Source: Callorhinchus milii
Taxonomy: Eukaryota
NCBI RefSeq assembly: GCF_018977255.1
Contig: NW_024704743.1
Location: 88,414,001 to 88,478,000, forward strand
Length of the DNA stretch: 64,000 bases
Direction: 5' to 3'
The position numbers and the translations under genes are program-made. Below, piece by piece: positions 36,400-49,392 of this stretch (positions within the stretch are counted from its first letter, which is position 1; each line of letters begins with the position of its first letter). Under the pieces are notes generated by a model that was given only the letters and a program-made list of their open reading frames with translations, ran no database searches and was not told the origin of the DNA.

Positions 36400-37885
36400 A
36401 CATAGGCAAATCCTGTTCCTAGTCCCCAGCGGATCGAGTTAAAGATCCTTATCCTAACCTTTAAACCCCACCCTACTTCCGTCACCTACTGAAAACATAC
36501 ATACCCAGCTGCGCCCTCTGCTCAGAGAGCACCAGGTTGCTTCATGTCCGCTTTCCCATCCGCCCTACCATCAGAAGTCTGACCTTCGGTGTATCTGATC
36601 CTTCTCTGGAACGCCATTCAAGGACCCTTTGACTTCCCCCTTCCCTCGCCTCCTTCAAGCTCAGCCTCAAAACCTTCCTCTTTGAGTGTGCTTTTGGCCA
36701 CCTTCCCTAACCTCCCCCCCTCAACCTTCTACTGTACAGCACCTTGGGACTTCCTCTCAATTGAACAGCGCTATATAAATGTAAATTTGTACTGCATTGT
36801 AATTTATATTGTATTGTTTAACATCAACCCCAACGAAAACAAATTCTGCAAACCTCACAAGTCAGAACCAAAATTCTCCGTAATCCAATATTTGATTAGC
36901 AAGTTCTGTCCCATCCATGGAGTTTCAGCGCCTTGGGACGTCCTCCCGACTTGAAAGGCGCTATATAAATGTAATTTTGTTGTTGTTGTTGTTAAGAACA
37001 CCTTCCCTACAAGCATGGAACCTCGGTGTCCTGTTCGACCCTCAACTATCCTTTAAACCCCACATCTGTGCCATAACTCATTCTGCCTCCTCCATCACTG
37101 CAATATTGCCTGCCTCCGCCATTGCCTCAACTCTCAGTCCGCCGAGACCCTCATCCATGCATTCGTCATGTCCAGCCTCGATTATGCTAACTCCCCGCTC
37201 GCCTACTTTCCCAACCCTTCCCTCCACAAGCTCCAGATTACTCAGAACTCTGCAGCTTGTGTCCTCTCCTGACCAAGCTCCGTGAAACAATCACCCCCAT
37301 CCTTGCCGGGCTCCACTGGCTCCCCATCCCCTAGAGGATCAAGCTTAAAACCCTTGTCCTCACTTTCAAAGCCCTCTGAGCTCATGCCTTCCCTCACCCC
37401 TACACCACTCCTCCCCCATGCTCAGGCCCCGACACCTGACTGTTCAGCGCTTTGGGACATCCTCCCGACATGAAAGGCACTCTATAAATGTAATTTTGTT
37501 GTTGTTGTTGCTGTTGATGCATCTCCCTACCTCTGGAAACTACCAACACCATACCAACATGTCTGCTCCCTCCGGTTGGTGGTCACTGGCCTGCTCCATG
37601 TCCCCCGCCCTGCCCAACTCACCATTGGCAATCAGGCATTCAGCTTTTCTGACCCCACCCTCTGGAATTCCATCCCAGAATTTCTTAACCTCGGCCCCTT
37701 GCCTCTTAATGCCCATCTCAAGACCTTCCTCTTTGACCATGACTTCGGCCACCCTCCAATTCCCCACTCTTCCTACCCTTCTTCCCTCTTGATTCCAACC
37801 CCCAGCTTGGGTTCAAAACCTTGACTGTCCAGTGCCTTGAGATGTGAAAGGCGCTATATAAATGCAATTTTTTTTGTTGTTGTTG
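36400..37885 (+). mobile_element. Cluster of L2 3' fragments (four tails)
   Basis: Tail motif gcgc(c/t)ttgggac...gaaaggcgctatataaatg ending near 36800, 36990, 37515 and 37885. Confidence 0.8.
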
Positions 37886-38804
37886 ATGTTCATGTTAACT
37901 GAAAACATTCAGATAATAATAAATAATAATATCACTTTTTAAGCTGAACAAGCTTGTCATCAAATAACTTCTATTCAGAAAAATTCTGAACATAGTACAT
38001 TACAATGTGAAATATTTAAAACTTTAAAATATTCTTCTTTTCCAAGATATTTCACCAAGTTTCACATTTTAAAATAGCTCCTTCATATATAGTGGAAGCA
38101 CTCCAAGACATTACAAAAATACAAGATACAAAATTACATTTGTAAAGCGCCTTTCACATTGGGAGGCAGTCCCAAGGTGCTGGACAGTCAGGGATTACCC
38201 TATGTAAAAGGCACAACTGTTTGTGGGACACTGCTGTGTGCAATTGGTTTGAGTCATTCTGCCGATGTGAAAAGCTCTATATCAAATGCAAAGATTATTG
38301 TTATCTTCGACCCCACTCTTCTGTTCACTCCCTTTGCTTGGCAAACTCACGCTTGCTGCATGACCCTTTCCCCTCCACCCGACTTGGTGGCCAAGCCTTC
38401 AGCAACTGTACCCATAATCTCTAGAATTGCCTCCCTATATTCCTCCATCTCTTCCCTCTATCTGTCTTTAAATCCTGTCTGAGATATTTATCAGACTTGA
38501 ATGGGCAATATAAAATATAAAATGCAAGTTGTTGATGTTGTATTTCACGGAGGGCCACATTGCTATCCCTATGAATAGCAAAACATTAGCCAGAGTTAGT
38601 TCTCCTGATCACTTCCATTGATGCTTACAGGAATTTGAATTGTGTGGACATCAGGTGAGAATTGGATTGGGCTAGGTCATGATGCACTACACAGTTGGGT
38701 AACTAACATTCATTGTTTCCGCTCAAAGGTAAAGTATGGGTAATCGGGAAACGTGCCCTGTTATACAAATAATGTATATTTAACAAATATTATGTATTTA
38801 TACA

Positions 38805-40182
38805 TAGTTTCCAACCTACCCTTCATTGCCAAAGTCCTGGAATGCAGGTCAACCTCAGTCATACTTCTCTCTCTCCACTCCCTCCTCGAGTCCCTGCAGT
38901 CTGGTTTCACCCTGCTCACAGCACAGAGACAGCACTTGTCACAAACGACGTCCTCTCTATCAGGGTTCCCTGTCCTTTGTCCTCCTGGGTCTTTCTGCCA
39001 TGTTCGATATAGTCGACTACACCATCCTCCTTCACTGCCTCTCCTCTCTCATCCACCTTAGTGGAAACGCACTCACATGGTTCGAGCCCTACTTAACCAA
39101 CCGCCTCCACTTCATCGTGGCAATGGTTTCTCCTCCCGCCCTGTCACCTGCGGGGTATCCCAGGCTCCATCGTTGGCCCTCTTCTTTTCCTTATCTATAT
39201 GCTCTCTTTGGGCGATGTCATCCGCAGACATGGGGTAAACTTCCACATGTATGTGGATGACACACAAATCTACCGTGCCTCTCCCAGTACCAACTCTAGG
39301 TCCGCCGATGTTCTATCAGCATGTCTGGCAGACATCAGGGCCTCGATGAGTGCAAACTTCCTGCAGCTGAATGTGGACAAGACGCAAGACATACTTCTTG
39401 GATTCTGTCAATGTCTTCACTCCTGCGATTCTGAATTTCTCAACCTCCCTGGGCTCTGCCTCACACTCACCGAACCAATGCGCAATCTAGACGTCCGGTT
39501 CGATCCCCAGCTGCCCTTCCTCCCCTACATCTGGTACCTGATCAGGAACCCCTTCTTCCATTGCCCACCTCCGAAAGTACCTTACCCCAAATGCAGCCGA
39601 AACCCTTGTGCATGCGTTTGTCACCTCCCACTTGGATTACTCCAACATACTCCTTACCAGTCTCCCCAGCTCCCCAATTCAAAAGATCCAGCTCATTCAG
39701 AACTCTGCCGCCCACATACTGACCCGGACCAAACTCCGTACCCACATCTCACCAGTTCTGGCCAGGCTCCACTGGCTCCCCATCATCAAACAAAATGACT
39801 TCAAGATCCTCACACTCGTGTTCAAATCCCTTCACTCTCTGGCACCTCCCTACCTCGCCGACCTCCTCATTCCCCAATCCATCACCCAGTGCCTCCGCTC
39901 GACTGGCACCGGCCTCCTGCTTGTCCCTTGCACCCTCCGCCCCACCATTGGAGGTTTCGCTTTTAGCCACTATACCCCAAAACTATGTAATGCTCTCCCT
40001 CAATTGCTTTGCCTTACCCCCTCTCTCCCCTTTTTAAGTTTTGCCTGAAAACCTTCCTTTTCGACCTTGCTTACCGACACCTCCTCCCACCCCTCTCCCC
40101 CTGGCTCGGAGTCAGGCTTCGCCACTGTTAAACACTCTGAGACTCTTGTGTTGAGGGTGTTATATAAGTTCAAGTTGTTGTT
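38805..40182 (+). mobile_element. L2 LINE RT to 3' end
   Basis: VSNLPFIAKVLE, LSAMFDIVDY, YVDDTQIY, HAFVTSHLDY, LHWLPI. Confidence 0.88.
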
Positions 40183-42820
40183 TTATACATACACACACAG
40201 ACTTTAAAGATACTAGTAAAATATTAAACCAAATAAAAAATACAACTATCTATTTGTGAGATAATACCTTTTCTTCACAATATAGAAAACAGTCAGGCAG
40301 GCAGACCTCCTTACTCTCTTTTGGTTTCTTGTTCAGATTCACTGTTTTTCCCTCCATGGCCTCTATAGATAAACAGTTTCAGAGGTCCGCCCACACCTGG
40401 CAAAAGGTCTTTGAACAAATCATTGTTTCACATTTTGGAGGAGCTTCAAAGGGCTCATTCAATATGAGATGTGAACAAAATTGCCTATTGTTTTAGAATG
40501 TGCTACTGGAGAGGGGTTGAATAGAGCTGATGAGTCATTTCATGGCTAATGCAGATGGTAAATTGGGCAAAGTCTCAGACCAAGTTCTGAGGTGGATTTC
40601 GATCAATTGCTGCTTTAGGTATACTTGGAGCTTTCCACCAGTGCCAATACTGCAGCGAGTGGTCAATTTCTGAAGTAACAGCCATATCATTCCTAACATT
40701 GGAGGCAGTATGTACATCTACACTTGTATTTTGCAGCGGTGGCTCCCAAATCAATCAGTTCCTGGAGCAAAAGGAAGCCCATTAACAAGGCCACCGACAG
40801 GCTGAGTAACCAAAGTTGTTTTCTGAAAAGTAACAATAATTATTTATGATTCTCACACGAAAGAAGCAATCATCCATTGTTCCAGATTCCTGGGTTTAAT
40901 TTTCACCACTCTCTGTTTGCAATTAGATGCAATTAGATTTGATTTCCACTGTTTCTAGAAGATATCTACTCCCTACATTTACATTTTAATGACTCATTGT
41001 TTTGCCACATGATTACAAATGACTTAACTGTATGCCACATGCGTGGGTACAGATTAACTCAGTGGTCTTTCATTCATTTAGTTTATTCAAGCGTGTAGAC
41101 TGAGATTGATTTCCTGCTCTTCTCAGTCCCTGGAACTGCTTTCTGTTAATCCTCTGATAATTGTATCCTGAAATTTGCCACACTTTAAAATCACATATAT
41201 TTTAACAGTTCAGAAAGGTACTGAAGTGGGGAGCATGTGATTGTATTTTTTTTAGTGATAAGGGCCACACTGGCTATATGTTACAAAGAATGTGTATAAA
41301 TTATGAAAGTGAAAGTGGCAGGCAGCAAGAAGAACTAACTAGGTTTCTGCAATGTTATAAAGGGGCATTAGTGACAATTTATGGAATGCCCAGGCATACT
41401 CGGCTTCTGCAGGATCTGCAATACAAATACCCAGATACCCCACTTCACAGTAAATCCTGTTCAGCATTTTGGGACATCCTCCCAATGTGAAAGGCACTAT
41501 ATGAAATGCAAAGGTACAAAGGAGAAAATAGATTCAATCCAGAACCACAATAGAATATTTCATAGCAGCTGACAGCAATGGGAGTTGCACTAGATAAAGA
41601 AACCTTTGAATCACCTATAATAATATGGACTTGCTCTGATCATAAGAAAAACATAGAAAGAAAGACAACGAATAAAGAGGAACTTGATAGATACGTTAGA
41701 TATTATGAATGGTTTAAAAACTTAGAATGCAGCTATGTTTTCTGCTGTCTAGAAAATTCAATAACATAGGGTCAAAACTTCAAAATAAGGACAGCAAAAG
41801 CGAATGGGAAATGTAAGAGAAAATTTCAGGAACTGGATAATAAACATGTAAAACAAACTACAATGCCAACAAAGGAACAAGGAACTGTCAAGGGTTTCAA
41901 AAAAGAACTAGAAAAATAAAAGGAATTAGGGTTATCAGATGGTGAGAAAGACATGTCAAAGAAACTTAAGAAGGTGGATGAGTGGGCTAAATAAACCAAA
42001 GATCTACCTGATCCATACCATCACAGTTTGAGTTCTATAGAGAAAACAAATTAATTTAGCACAGACATTCTCCAAACAAACAAGTCTTTGCTCTCTCTAT
42101 GTAAATAATCTAAATAGTACATGTGGCTCATTGTGGCTTTTGCTCTCCCTCCCTGTATAACCTTCCTGGTTAGATAAGCGCATATTGCATGCTTTATCTC
42201 TTTTCCTTCCTATTTCTGTTTTGTTCTCTTTTGAGTGCTAATAAAAGCAAGTATTTTGAATTGAGACAGTTTGGTTCATTTAAAAAGTACTTGGAATTTG
42301 CCCAGTTTGCATGCAGTAAACTTTGGGTTTGATATCACAAGTATAAAATTCTCTTGGTTAGTCACTTCAATCACCAACATGGAAAAAACCACTCTGACCT
42401 TGAGATCGCATTTACAGCAGCTAACGTTCTCACTAGTTACTTTGGCTTCATTCAGTTTTCAACGTTTGGCATAGTCTTTCTCTCGATTTAGGCAAAGACA
42501 GTTTCAATTCCTAGAGCTTCAGTACCATTTTGCTGAATTTGGTTTGAAATTCATGATCAAATATCAAACATCTCATCAAGTGAGGCAACCCATCAGTCAA
42601 ATCAAGATTGAGTATTAGAAAATTCGTCATCCTAAAAAGCTTGATTCTGACAACGCTTGATCCTAGAAGATCCAAAAAGCGATCTGCTCCCTTGGTGCTC
42701 AAATTTCAATCATTTGTGACAACTCGTTCTGTTGTCTCATCAGTAAGTGCACACTACCAAACAAAATGCTATCCACAAAACATGAACAGACAGATGTTGA
42801 TAACTACATCCCTACTGGTG

Positions 42821-43250
42821 ATTATAATAATCCTTACATTTGGTATAGTACCTTATCGCACTGTCGAAATGTCTCAAAGCACTTCACAGGATTTACTGTG
42901 AAGTATTGTGATTCTGTATTTATAGGTAAACATAGCAGCTAATTTGCACACAACAATTTCCTACAAACAGACATGAAGAGAATGATCTATTTTATCTGGG
43001 GGGGGGGGGGGGGGGGATCTTGGCCAGAACACAAGTAGAAACCTCCTTCTCTTTATGAGTAGTGCCACAGGATCTTTTACGCCCACCTGAACTGAAACCT
43101 CAGTTTAACATTGAATCCAAAGAATGGCATCACCAACAATGCAGCAAACCCTTCCCCCAGCACGAGCCTGGAGTGTCAGCCCAGATGTAGCTTGGACCTT
43201 CTGACAGCCTTCTGACTCAGAAGCACGAGTGCTGCCAACTGAGGCCAGCG
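42821..43250 (-). mobile_element. Deu-type SINE, decayed
   Basis: Reverse-strand core (gtgccacaggatcttttacgcccacctga, ggagtgtcagcc) and tail. Confidence 0.6.
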
Positions 43251-43418
43251 AACACTTGCTCAATCCGCAATCAATCTGCACGGTTGTGCATAGGTTGGAT
43301 CATGTCAGAGCGATGCAGAATATAATGAAGGCGAAGCTTTCACAACATCTCAATGATACCTTTCTGTCTGGTTACCAATTTATCTTCAGAGAGAAAAAAA
43401 AGACGTTAAGGCCTCTTA

Positions 43419-43736
43419 AATAATAATAATCCTTGCATTTGATATAGCGCTTTTCACGTCGGGAGGACGTCCCAAAGCGCTTCACAGAAATACACCGTAA
43501 AGTGAATTGACTGTATATTTGTGGGCGAATGCGGCAGCCAATTGCGCACAGCAATGTCCCACAAACAGTCGTGGATTGAAAATGACCAATTTATTATTGT
43601 TTTGGGTTTTGGAGGGATTATTATTAGGCTCTGTGTGGAGTAAGGAAACTTGCCCAAGGTTTCGCCCTCTGCCTGGAATTAAACTCAGGTCTCTCACTTG
43701 CAAAGCGAGTGCTCTAACCCCTGAGCCACAGGACTC
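43419..43736 (-). mobile_element. tRNA-Ala SINE (short form) just upstream of PIP4P2
   Basis: Near-identical to the reverse complement of 51595-51888. Confidence 0.88.
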
Positions 43737-43946
43737 TTCCCCTCTGTGGCTGAAAGTGATGGGAAGCCCTTCCTCCCGCGTGGCTGAGAGCGATATATGA
43801 ACCTCTTCCCTTCGGATCGAGGCAAAGTCCTTCACGTCCTCTCGGATTAGTTTAAAGTCCTCCCCTCCCCTCCCCCCCCCTCCCCGGCACCGCCTCCTGC
43901 GCTGTGTGAGCGCTGCGCTGTGGCTGTGGCGCTGTGTGCGGGGATG

Positions 43947-44052
43947 ATGGCCGCTGATGGGGCGGACGAGCGCTCGCCCCTGTTATCAGGGAACAACTCA
44001 GAAACCAGCACACCCACAACACCGCTGTATGTGGAGGAGCCCAGCCCGCGGG
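43947..44052 (+). CDS. PIP4P2: PIP4P2/TMEM55A coding exon 1 (MAADGADERSPLLSGNNSETSTPTTPLYVEEPSPR)
   Basis: MAADGxDERSPLL N-terminus with dileucine sorting motif; G|gtgagt donor; an alternative in-frame ATG lies at 43944; synteny with OTUD6B favours 55A over 55B. Confidence 0.9.
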
Positions 44053-44245
44053 GTGAGTGCACTCATATAGGTAGATATGTATGTACGGGTGTATGCCATG
44101 TCATGTACACGGCAGCTGCGGGGGATCACCGTGTGCTTCACTGCTGCGATCTGCACGAGAATTGGCTCTCAGTGGGACAGAGGCGTCGGTCTGTCCCTCC
44201 GCATTGCCGTTCCCACCGTCTCTGACGGTCTGACGGTCTGACCGC

Positions 44246-44440
44246 GGAGAGGGGAGAGGGGGGGGAGAGGGGGGGAGGGGGAGGGGAGGGGAAGGGGGGG
44301 GGAGGGGAGGGGAGGAGGGGAGGGGAGGGGGGGGAGAGGGGGAGGGGAGGGGGGGGGGGGAGGGGGGGGGAGAGGGGGAGGGGAGGGGGGGGGGGGAGGG
44401 GGGGGAGAGGGGGAGGGGAGGGGGGAAGGGGAGGGGAGGA
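44246..44440 (+). repeat. 195-nt pure purine (G/A) tract in PIP4P2 intron 1
   Basis: No pyrimidines between 44246 and 44440. Confidence 0.95.
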
Positions 44441-44727
44441 CGGCAACAACAACGCTTTACCAGCAGCATTGTACAGATCCGAGCTGGGATCCGGCACCCG
44501 AGCCCCGGGCAGATTGACCCCCCCCTCCCTCCCTCTCTATCTGCTGCTGCTGGTCCTGGTGCTGCTGGTCCTGGTGGTGCTGCTGCTGGTGCTCGGGCAG
44601 AGCTTTTTTGGTGTAAACACATCTGCATTATCTGCGTGAGGCGGTGCGAAGTACATTAATGCATCTCAGCACCGCACCCGCCGAGCAAACACTGTAGTCT
44701 GTCCTTACGTAACTGCTCCTGTGCTCA

Positions 44728-45266
44728 GCCCCGGCCCCAACCCCCCCCCCACCCTGCCCAACCCCCCCCCCGCCCACCCCGCCCCGCCCACCCTGCCCAC
44801 CCTGCCCAACCCCCCCCCCCACCCGGTACCAACCCCCCCCCCACCCGGCCCCAACCCCCCCCCCACCCGGCCCCAACCCACCCACCCAACGCCCACCCTG
44901 CCCAACCCCCACCTTGCCCCACCCCGCCCACCCTGCCCCACCCACCCAACGCCCACCCTGCCCCACCCCGCCCACCTTGCCCCACCCCGCCCACCCTGCC
45001 CCACCCCGCCCACCCTGCCCAACCCCGCCCCCTGCCCACCCTGCCCACCCCGCCACGGCCCACCCTGCCCACCCCGCCACGGCCCACCCTGCCCACCCCC
45101 ACCCTGCCCCCTGCCCACCCTGCCCACCCCGCCCCTGCCCACCCCGCCACGGCCCACCCCGCCCCCTGCCCACCCTGCCCACCCTGCCCACCCCGCCACG
45201 GCCCACCCTGCCCACCCTGCCCCGACCCACCCTGCCCACCCTGCCCCGGCCCACCCTGCCCCGGCC
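44728..45266. repeat. C-rich 9-bp-based array (CCCACCCTG / CCCACCCCG) in PIP4P2 intron 1
   Basis: Directly visible. Confidence 0.95.
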
Positions 45267-45389
45267 ATGGCAACTTTCACTGCCGCAGGATTTGGTAGAA
45301 CTTCATTCTCTCTTGGTTTTTTTTGAAACGCATCCAAAACAAGACCCTGCCGCTTGGACTGAAGGAAAACTTTTGTTGTGACGCTCAGT

Positions 45390-47115
45390 GGGTGTCCTTG
45401 GAGGCTGTGCTTTCAGCCATTACACCCCCACTCCGCCCCCAAAAAACCGATGGAACTCGCAGCCGGAATCCCCTCCTCCTTCCTCGTCTTCAGATCGCGC
45501 CCTAAAGACCTTCCACTTTGACCGGACACCTCCCCACCGCCTCTCCCAGCACAGTGTCAGGCTCGGCCACTGTTAAAGCGCTCCGAAACGCTACCCTGCG
45601 TGAAGGGCGCTATATAAATGCGATAAGTTGTTGTTTTACAAAGCTCTCATTTGCAGAATCTCCGGATTGATGATCACCGATTGCTTCAAAGACAATTTTC
45701 AACAATCTGGTTTTAAAGGATTAACCAACTGAGTCATTATTATAATACAAAATTACATTTCTATAGCGCTTTTCGCACTTTAAAGGACGTCGCAAGGGAG
45801 CTGAACAGACATGGATTAGGACCCGAGACAGAGGGGTGCTGGGTGTCAGGATCATGGAGCGTTCAGGGCAGAGAGGGTAGGAGGGTGGCCGAAGGCACGG
45901 TCGAAGAGGAGGTTCTTGAGGTGTGCCTTGAAGGAGGTAAGGGAGGGAGCGAGGCGAAGGGAACATGGGATGGAGTTCCAGGAGGTGGGGGTGGAGGCTG
46001 AAGGCCTGACCGTCGATGGTGGGGCGGCCCAGGTTGGGGACATGAAGCAGGCCGGAGCTTGCTGAGTGGAGGGAGCAGAAAGGTTGATTAAGGGGTTAGC
46101 AGGTCGGAGAGGTAGGAGGGGCAAGGCCATGGAGGGCCTTGAAGGTGAGGATGAGAATTTTGAACTCAATCCTCTGAGGGATGGGGAGCCAGTAGAGCCA
46201 AAGTGTATTTGGTAGGCAATTGTTCGTAGAAACCTAACCTGTTTTTCTGGTAATGTAGTGGCAATATGTAAAGAAAATCAGCCTGAACATTAATTGGTGT
46301 ACTGGACCAGGGTGGGGGAAAAACAATCTGAGTTTACATTACTGATTGCTGACCTAATAACTTGTGCTGTAAAGTAATAATACTTCTACCACTCTTCTAC
46401 CCTCTCTGCCCTCCAACCTCGCTGATCCCAACACCCAGTACTTCTCCCGCTCGGGTCCTAATCCCTGACCATTCAGCACCATGGGACAACCCTCATTCAT
46501 GCCTTCATTGCATCAAGGCTCGACTATGCAAACTCACTGCTTGTCGGCCTCCTCAACTCCTCCCTCCACAGGCTACAGATCATCCAGAACTCTGCAGCCC
46601 ATGTCCTCTCCCGCACTAGGCTCCACGACACTATCACCCCCATCCTTGCCCAACTCCACTGGCTTCCCATCACACAGAGGATACAGTTCAAGATCCTGGT
46701 TGGTCCTCACCTTCAAAGCCCTCCACGGTCTTGCTCCCTCCGACCTCCTAACCCCCTACTACCCTGTTTGCTCCCTCTGCTCAGCGGGCTCCGGCCTGCT
46801 TCACGCCCCCCACCTCACTAGCCCCACTATTAGCAGGCGGGCCTTCTGCCACTCTTCACAGTAATGTGAAGTCAGATTGTTTTTCCCCCTCCTTAGTCCA
46901 CCCAGCTTCTGGAACTCCATCCTGCAGTCCCTCCGTCTCACCCCCTCCCTCACCACCTTCAAGACCCTCCTCTTCGATCGTGCTTTCGATCTCCCTGCTT
47001 CCCCCCCCTGCCCTCCTCGACCCCCAACTCGGATCCGTAACTCTGTCTGTCCAGCGCCTTGGGATGTCCTCCCCACATAAAAGGTGCTATACAAATGTAA
47101 TTTTCTTGTTGTTGT
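45390..47115. mobile_element. Three L2 3' fragments in alternating orientation (+ 45390-45635; - 45745-46200; + 46390-47115)
   Basis: L2 C-terminal motifs and tails on both strands. Confidence 0.75.
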
Positions 47116-47724
47116 AATAATAGTCTTTGCAGTTTTGATATAGAGTATTTCACTTCAGAAGGACATCACAGAGTGTTCCAGGAACCATTGTAAAATATAG
47201 TGACTGTGTATTTTGTAGACAGACACGACATCCAATTTGCACACAGCAATATCCCTGAGCCATGAAGTGAATTATCAATTTTAGGATCACATAATAAAGT
47301 GCTATTGAATTAGAACAGTTAAACATTCTGAGACACATCTTCTCAATTATGTATTGAGCAAAATGTAATTTAGTTTTTAATGGCCAAAAAGGGCAAATGG
47401 CCTGCTCTGGGGTCTCTGGTGCAACATAGCTCAGAGCTAAGAAACGAGTGAGAAAGGCCCAAAGGCTCTTCTTAACCCTTCCTCCAACTTTTGGGCAAGC
47501 AGCTGATCTGTACTCAAAGCCTCACCACAACACCTGGTGTTGAGACGTCTTCCTGTCATGAAAGGCACTATACAAATGTAATTTTGTTGTTGGTGGTGGT
47601 GATGATGTGCTTCAGGGAATGCTTTGAAGAGCAAGTAGAGGAGTGGGATTGGATTAAGTGGTTCATGGAGGAAAACACCAGCACAGAATTGATGAACTAA
47701 ATGGTCTGTTTCTACGTTAGGAAC

Positions 47725-48915
47725 TCGTAGGAATCATAGAATCATACAGCACAGAAAGAGACCATTCGGCCCATCGTGTCTGCGCCGGCTCTGAAAAGAG
47801 CAATCCAACTCAATCCCACTGGTCCGCTTTCTCTCCATAGTCCTGCAATCCTGTCCTCCCCAAATACCCATCTACCTCTCTCTTAAAAGCTGTTATTGAA
47901 TCAGCTTTTGAATTCTATGCCCCTATTTATAAAACCTAGTATCCCGTATGCTTTTTTAACAGCTTTATCTACCTGTCCTGCCACCTTCAGAGATTTGCTT
48001 ATATGGACCCCCAGGTCTCTCTCTTCATTTGTATTGTGTGCAGTTTGGTCTCCTTATTTAAAAAAGTACATACTTGCCCTCGAGGGGGTGCAGCGTAGAT
48101 TCACTCGGTTAGTTCCTGGGATGAGGGGACTGACCTATGAGGATAGGCTGAATAAACTAGGGCTGTATTCTCCAGAGTACAGAATTAGGGGAGATCTTAT
48201 TGAAACATATAAGATTCTTAAAGGGCTGATAAAGTAGACACTGAGGGTCTGTTTCCCCTGGTACGAGAATCTATAACCAGTGGTCACGGTCTTAAAATGA
48301 AGGGTCAGCCTTTTAGAATAGAGTTGAGGAAACATTTCTTCACTCAGAGGGCTGTAGAAGGCTGTAGATGCTCAGTCCTTGAACATTTTCAAGGCTGAGA
48401 CTGATAGATTTTTTAAAAAAAATAGAGGGATTAGGGATATGGGGATAGGGCAAGTAATTAGAGTTAGGTCAGAAGATCAGCCATGATCTTATCGAATGGC
48501 AGGGCAGGCTCGAGGGGCCGACTGGCCTACTGCTCCTAATTCTTATGATCTTATTTGTCCCCCTTAAGATTGTACCATCAGCTTATATTGCCTCTCCTCA
48601 TTCTTCCTACCAAAATGCATCACTTTGCATTTCTCCACATTAAACCTCACCTGCCACTTTTCTGCCCATTTTACCAATCTGTCTAAGTCCTCTTGGAGTC
48701 TGGTACTATCCTTCTCACCATTAACCACTTTTCGTAGCTTAGTATCGTCTGCAAATTTGGAAATCATGCTCCCTATATCCAGGTCCAGATCATTAATATA
48801 GATCAGAAAGAGCAGTGGTCCCAATACCTACCCCCGAGGGACACCACTACACACCTCCCTCCAGTCAGAAAAGCAACCGTTTACTACCACTCTCTGCTTT
48901 CTGTCTCCTAACCAG
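47725..48915. mobile_element. CR1 LINE composite: minus fragments 47725-48030 and 48560-48915 with a plus 3' fragment 48030-48555 between
   Basis: LGPLLFLIYINDLD, SKFADDTKL, FNVEKCKVMHFG on minus; WSPY..LEGVQRRFTR, RGDLIETYKI on plus; octamer-repeat tails. Confidence 0.85.
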
Positions 48916-48964
48916 TTCTGGATCCAGTGAAACTCCAACTTGTGTCACACTGCTCCATGTTGCC

Positions 48965-49355
48965 ATACAATACAACACAAATTACATTTGTGTTGCGCCT
49001 TTCCCATTGGGGGTCATCCCAAGGCACTGGACAGTTAGGGATTTGGACCCGAGCTGGGGGTCGGGATTGGGGAGGATGGAGGGCTGGGATGGGAGGAAGG
49101 TAGCCGAAGGCTCGGTCCAAAAGAAGGGTTTTGAGACACGCCCTGAAGGAGGCAAGAGAGGAACCGAGGCGAAGGGAATGTGGGATGGAGTTCCATAGAG
49201 TTGGAACAGAAAGGCTGAAGGCTCGGCTGCCGATGCTGGAGTGGGCCGGGCGGGGAAGGTGGAACAGGCCAGAGCCTGCTAAGCGAAGGGTTGATATGGG
49301 ATCAGCAGGTCATAGAGGTAGGGGGGGCAAGGCCATGGAGGACCTTGAAGGCCAT
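48965..49355 (-). mobile_element. L2 3' fragment
   Basis: FDRAF-like C-terminus and L2 tail. Confidence 0.75.
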
Positions 49356-49392
49356 GTGTTGATGGTCGAATAAATTTAGCTACATTGAATGT

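Noticed and set aside
34204..36442. Long poly-Pro and poly-Gly ORFs (up to 718 aa)
   Set aside because: Products of C-rich arrays and a minisatellite around OTUD6B exon 1; homopolymer lengths may also be unreliable.
35196..43947. Shared bidirectional promoter for OTUD6B and PIP4P2
   Set aside because: The start codons are about 8.7 kb apart, separated by repeats; each gene has its own GC-rich start region.
44101..45381. Pro/Gly-rich ORFs in PIP4P2 intron 1
   Set aside because: Low-complexity repeats open in several frames on both strands.
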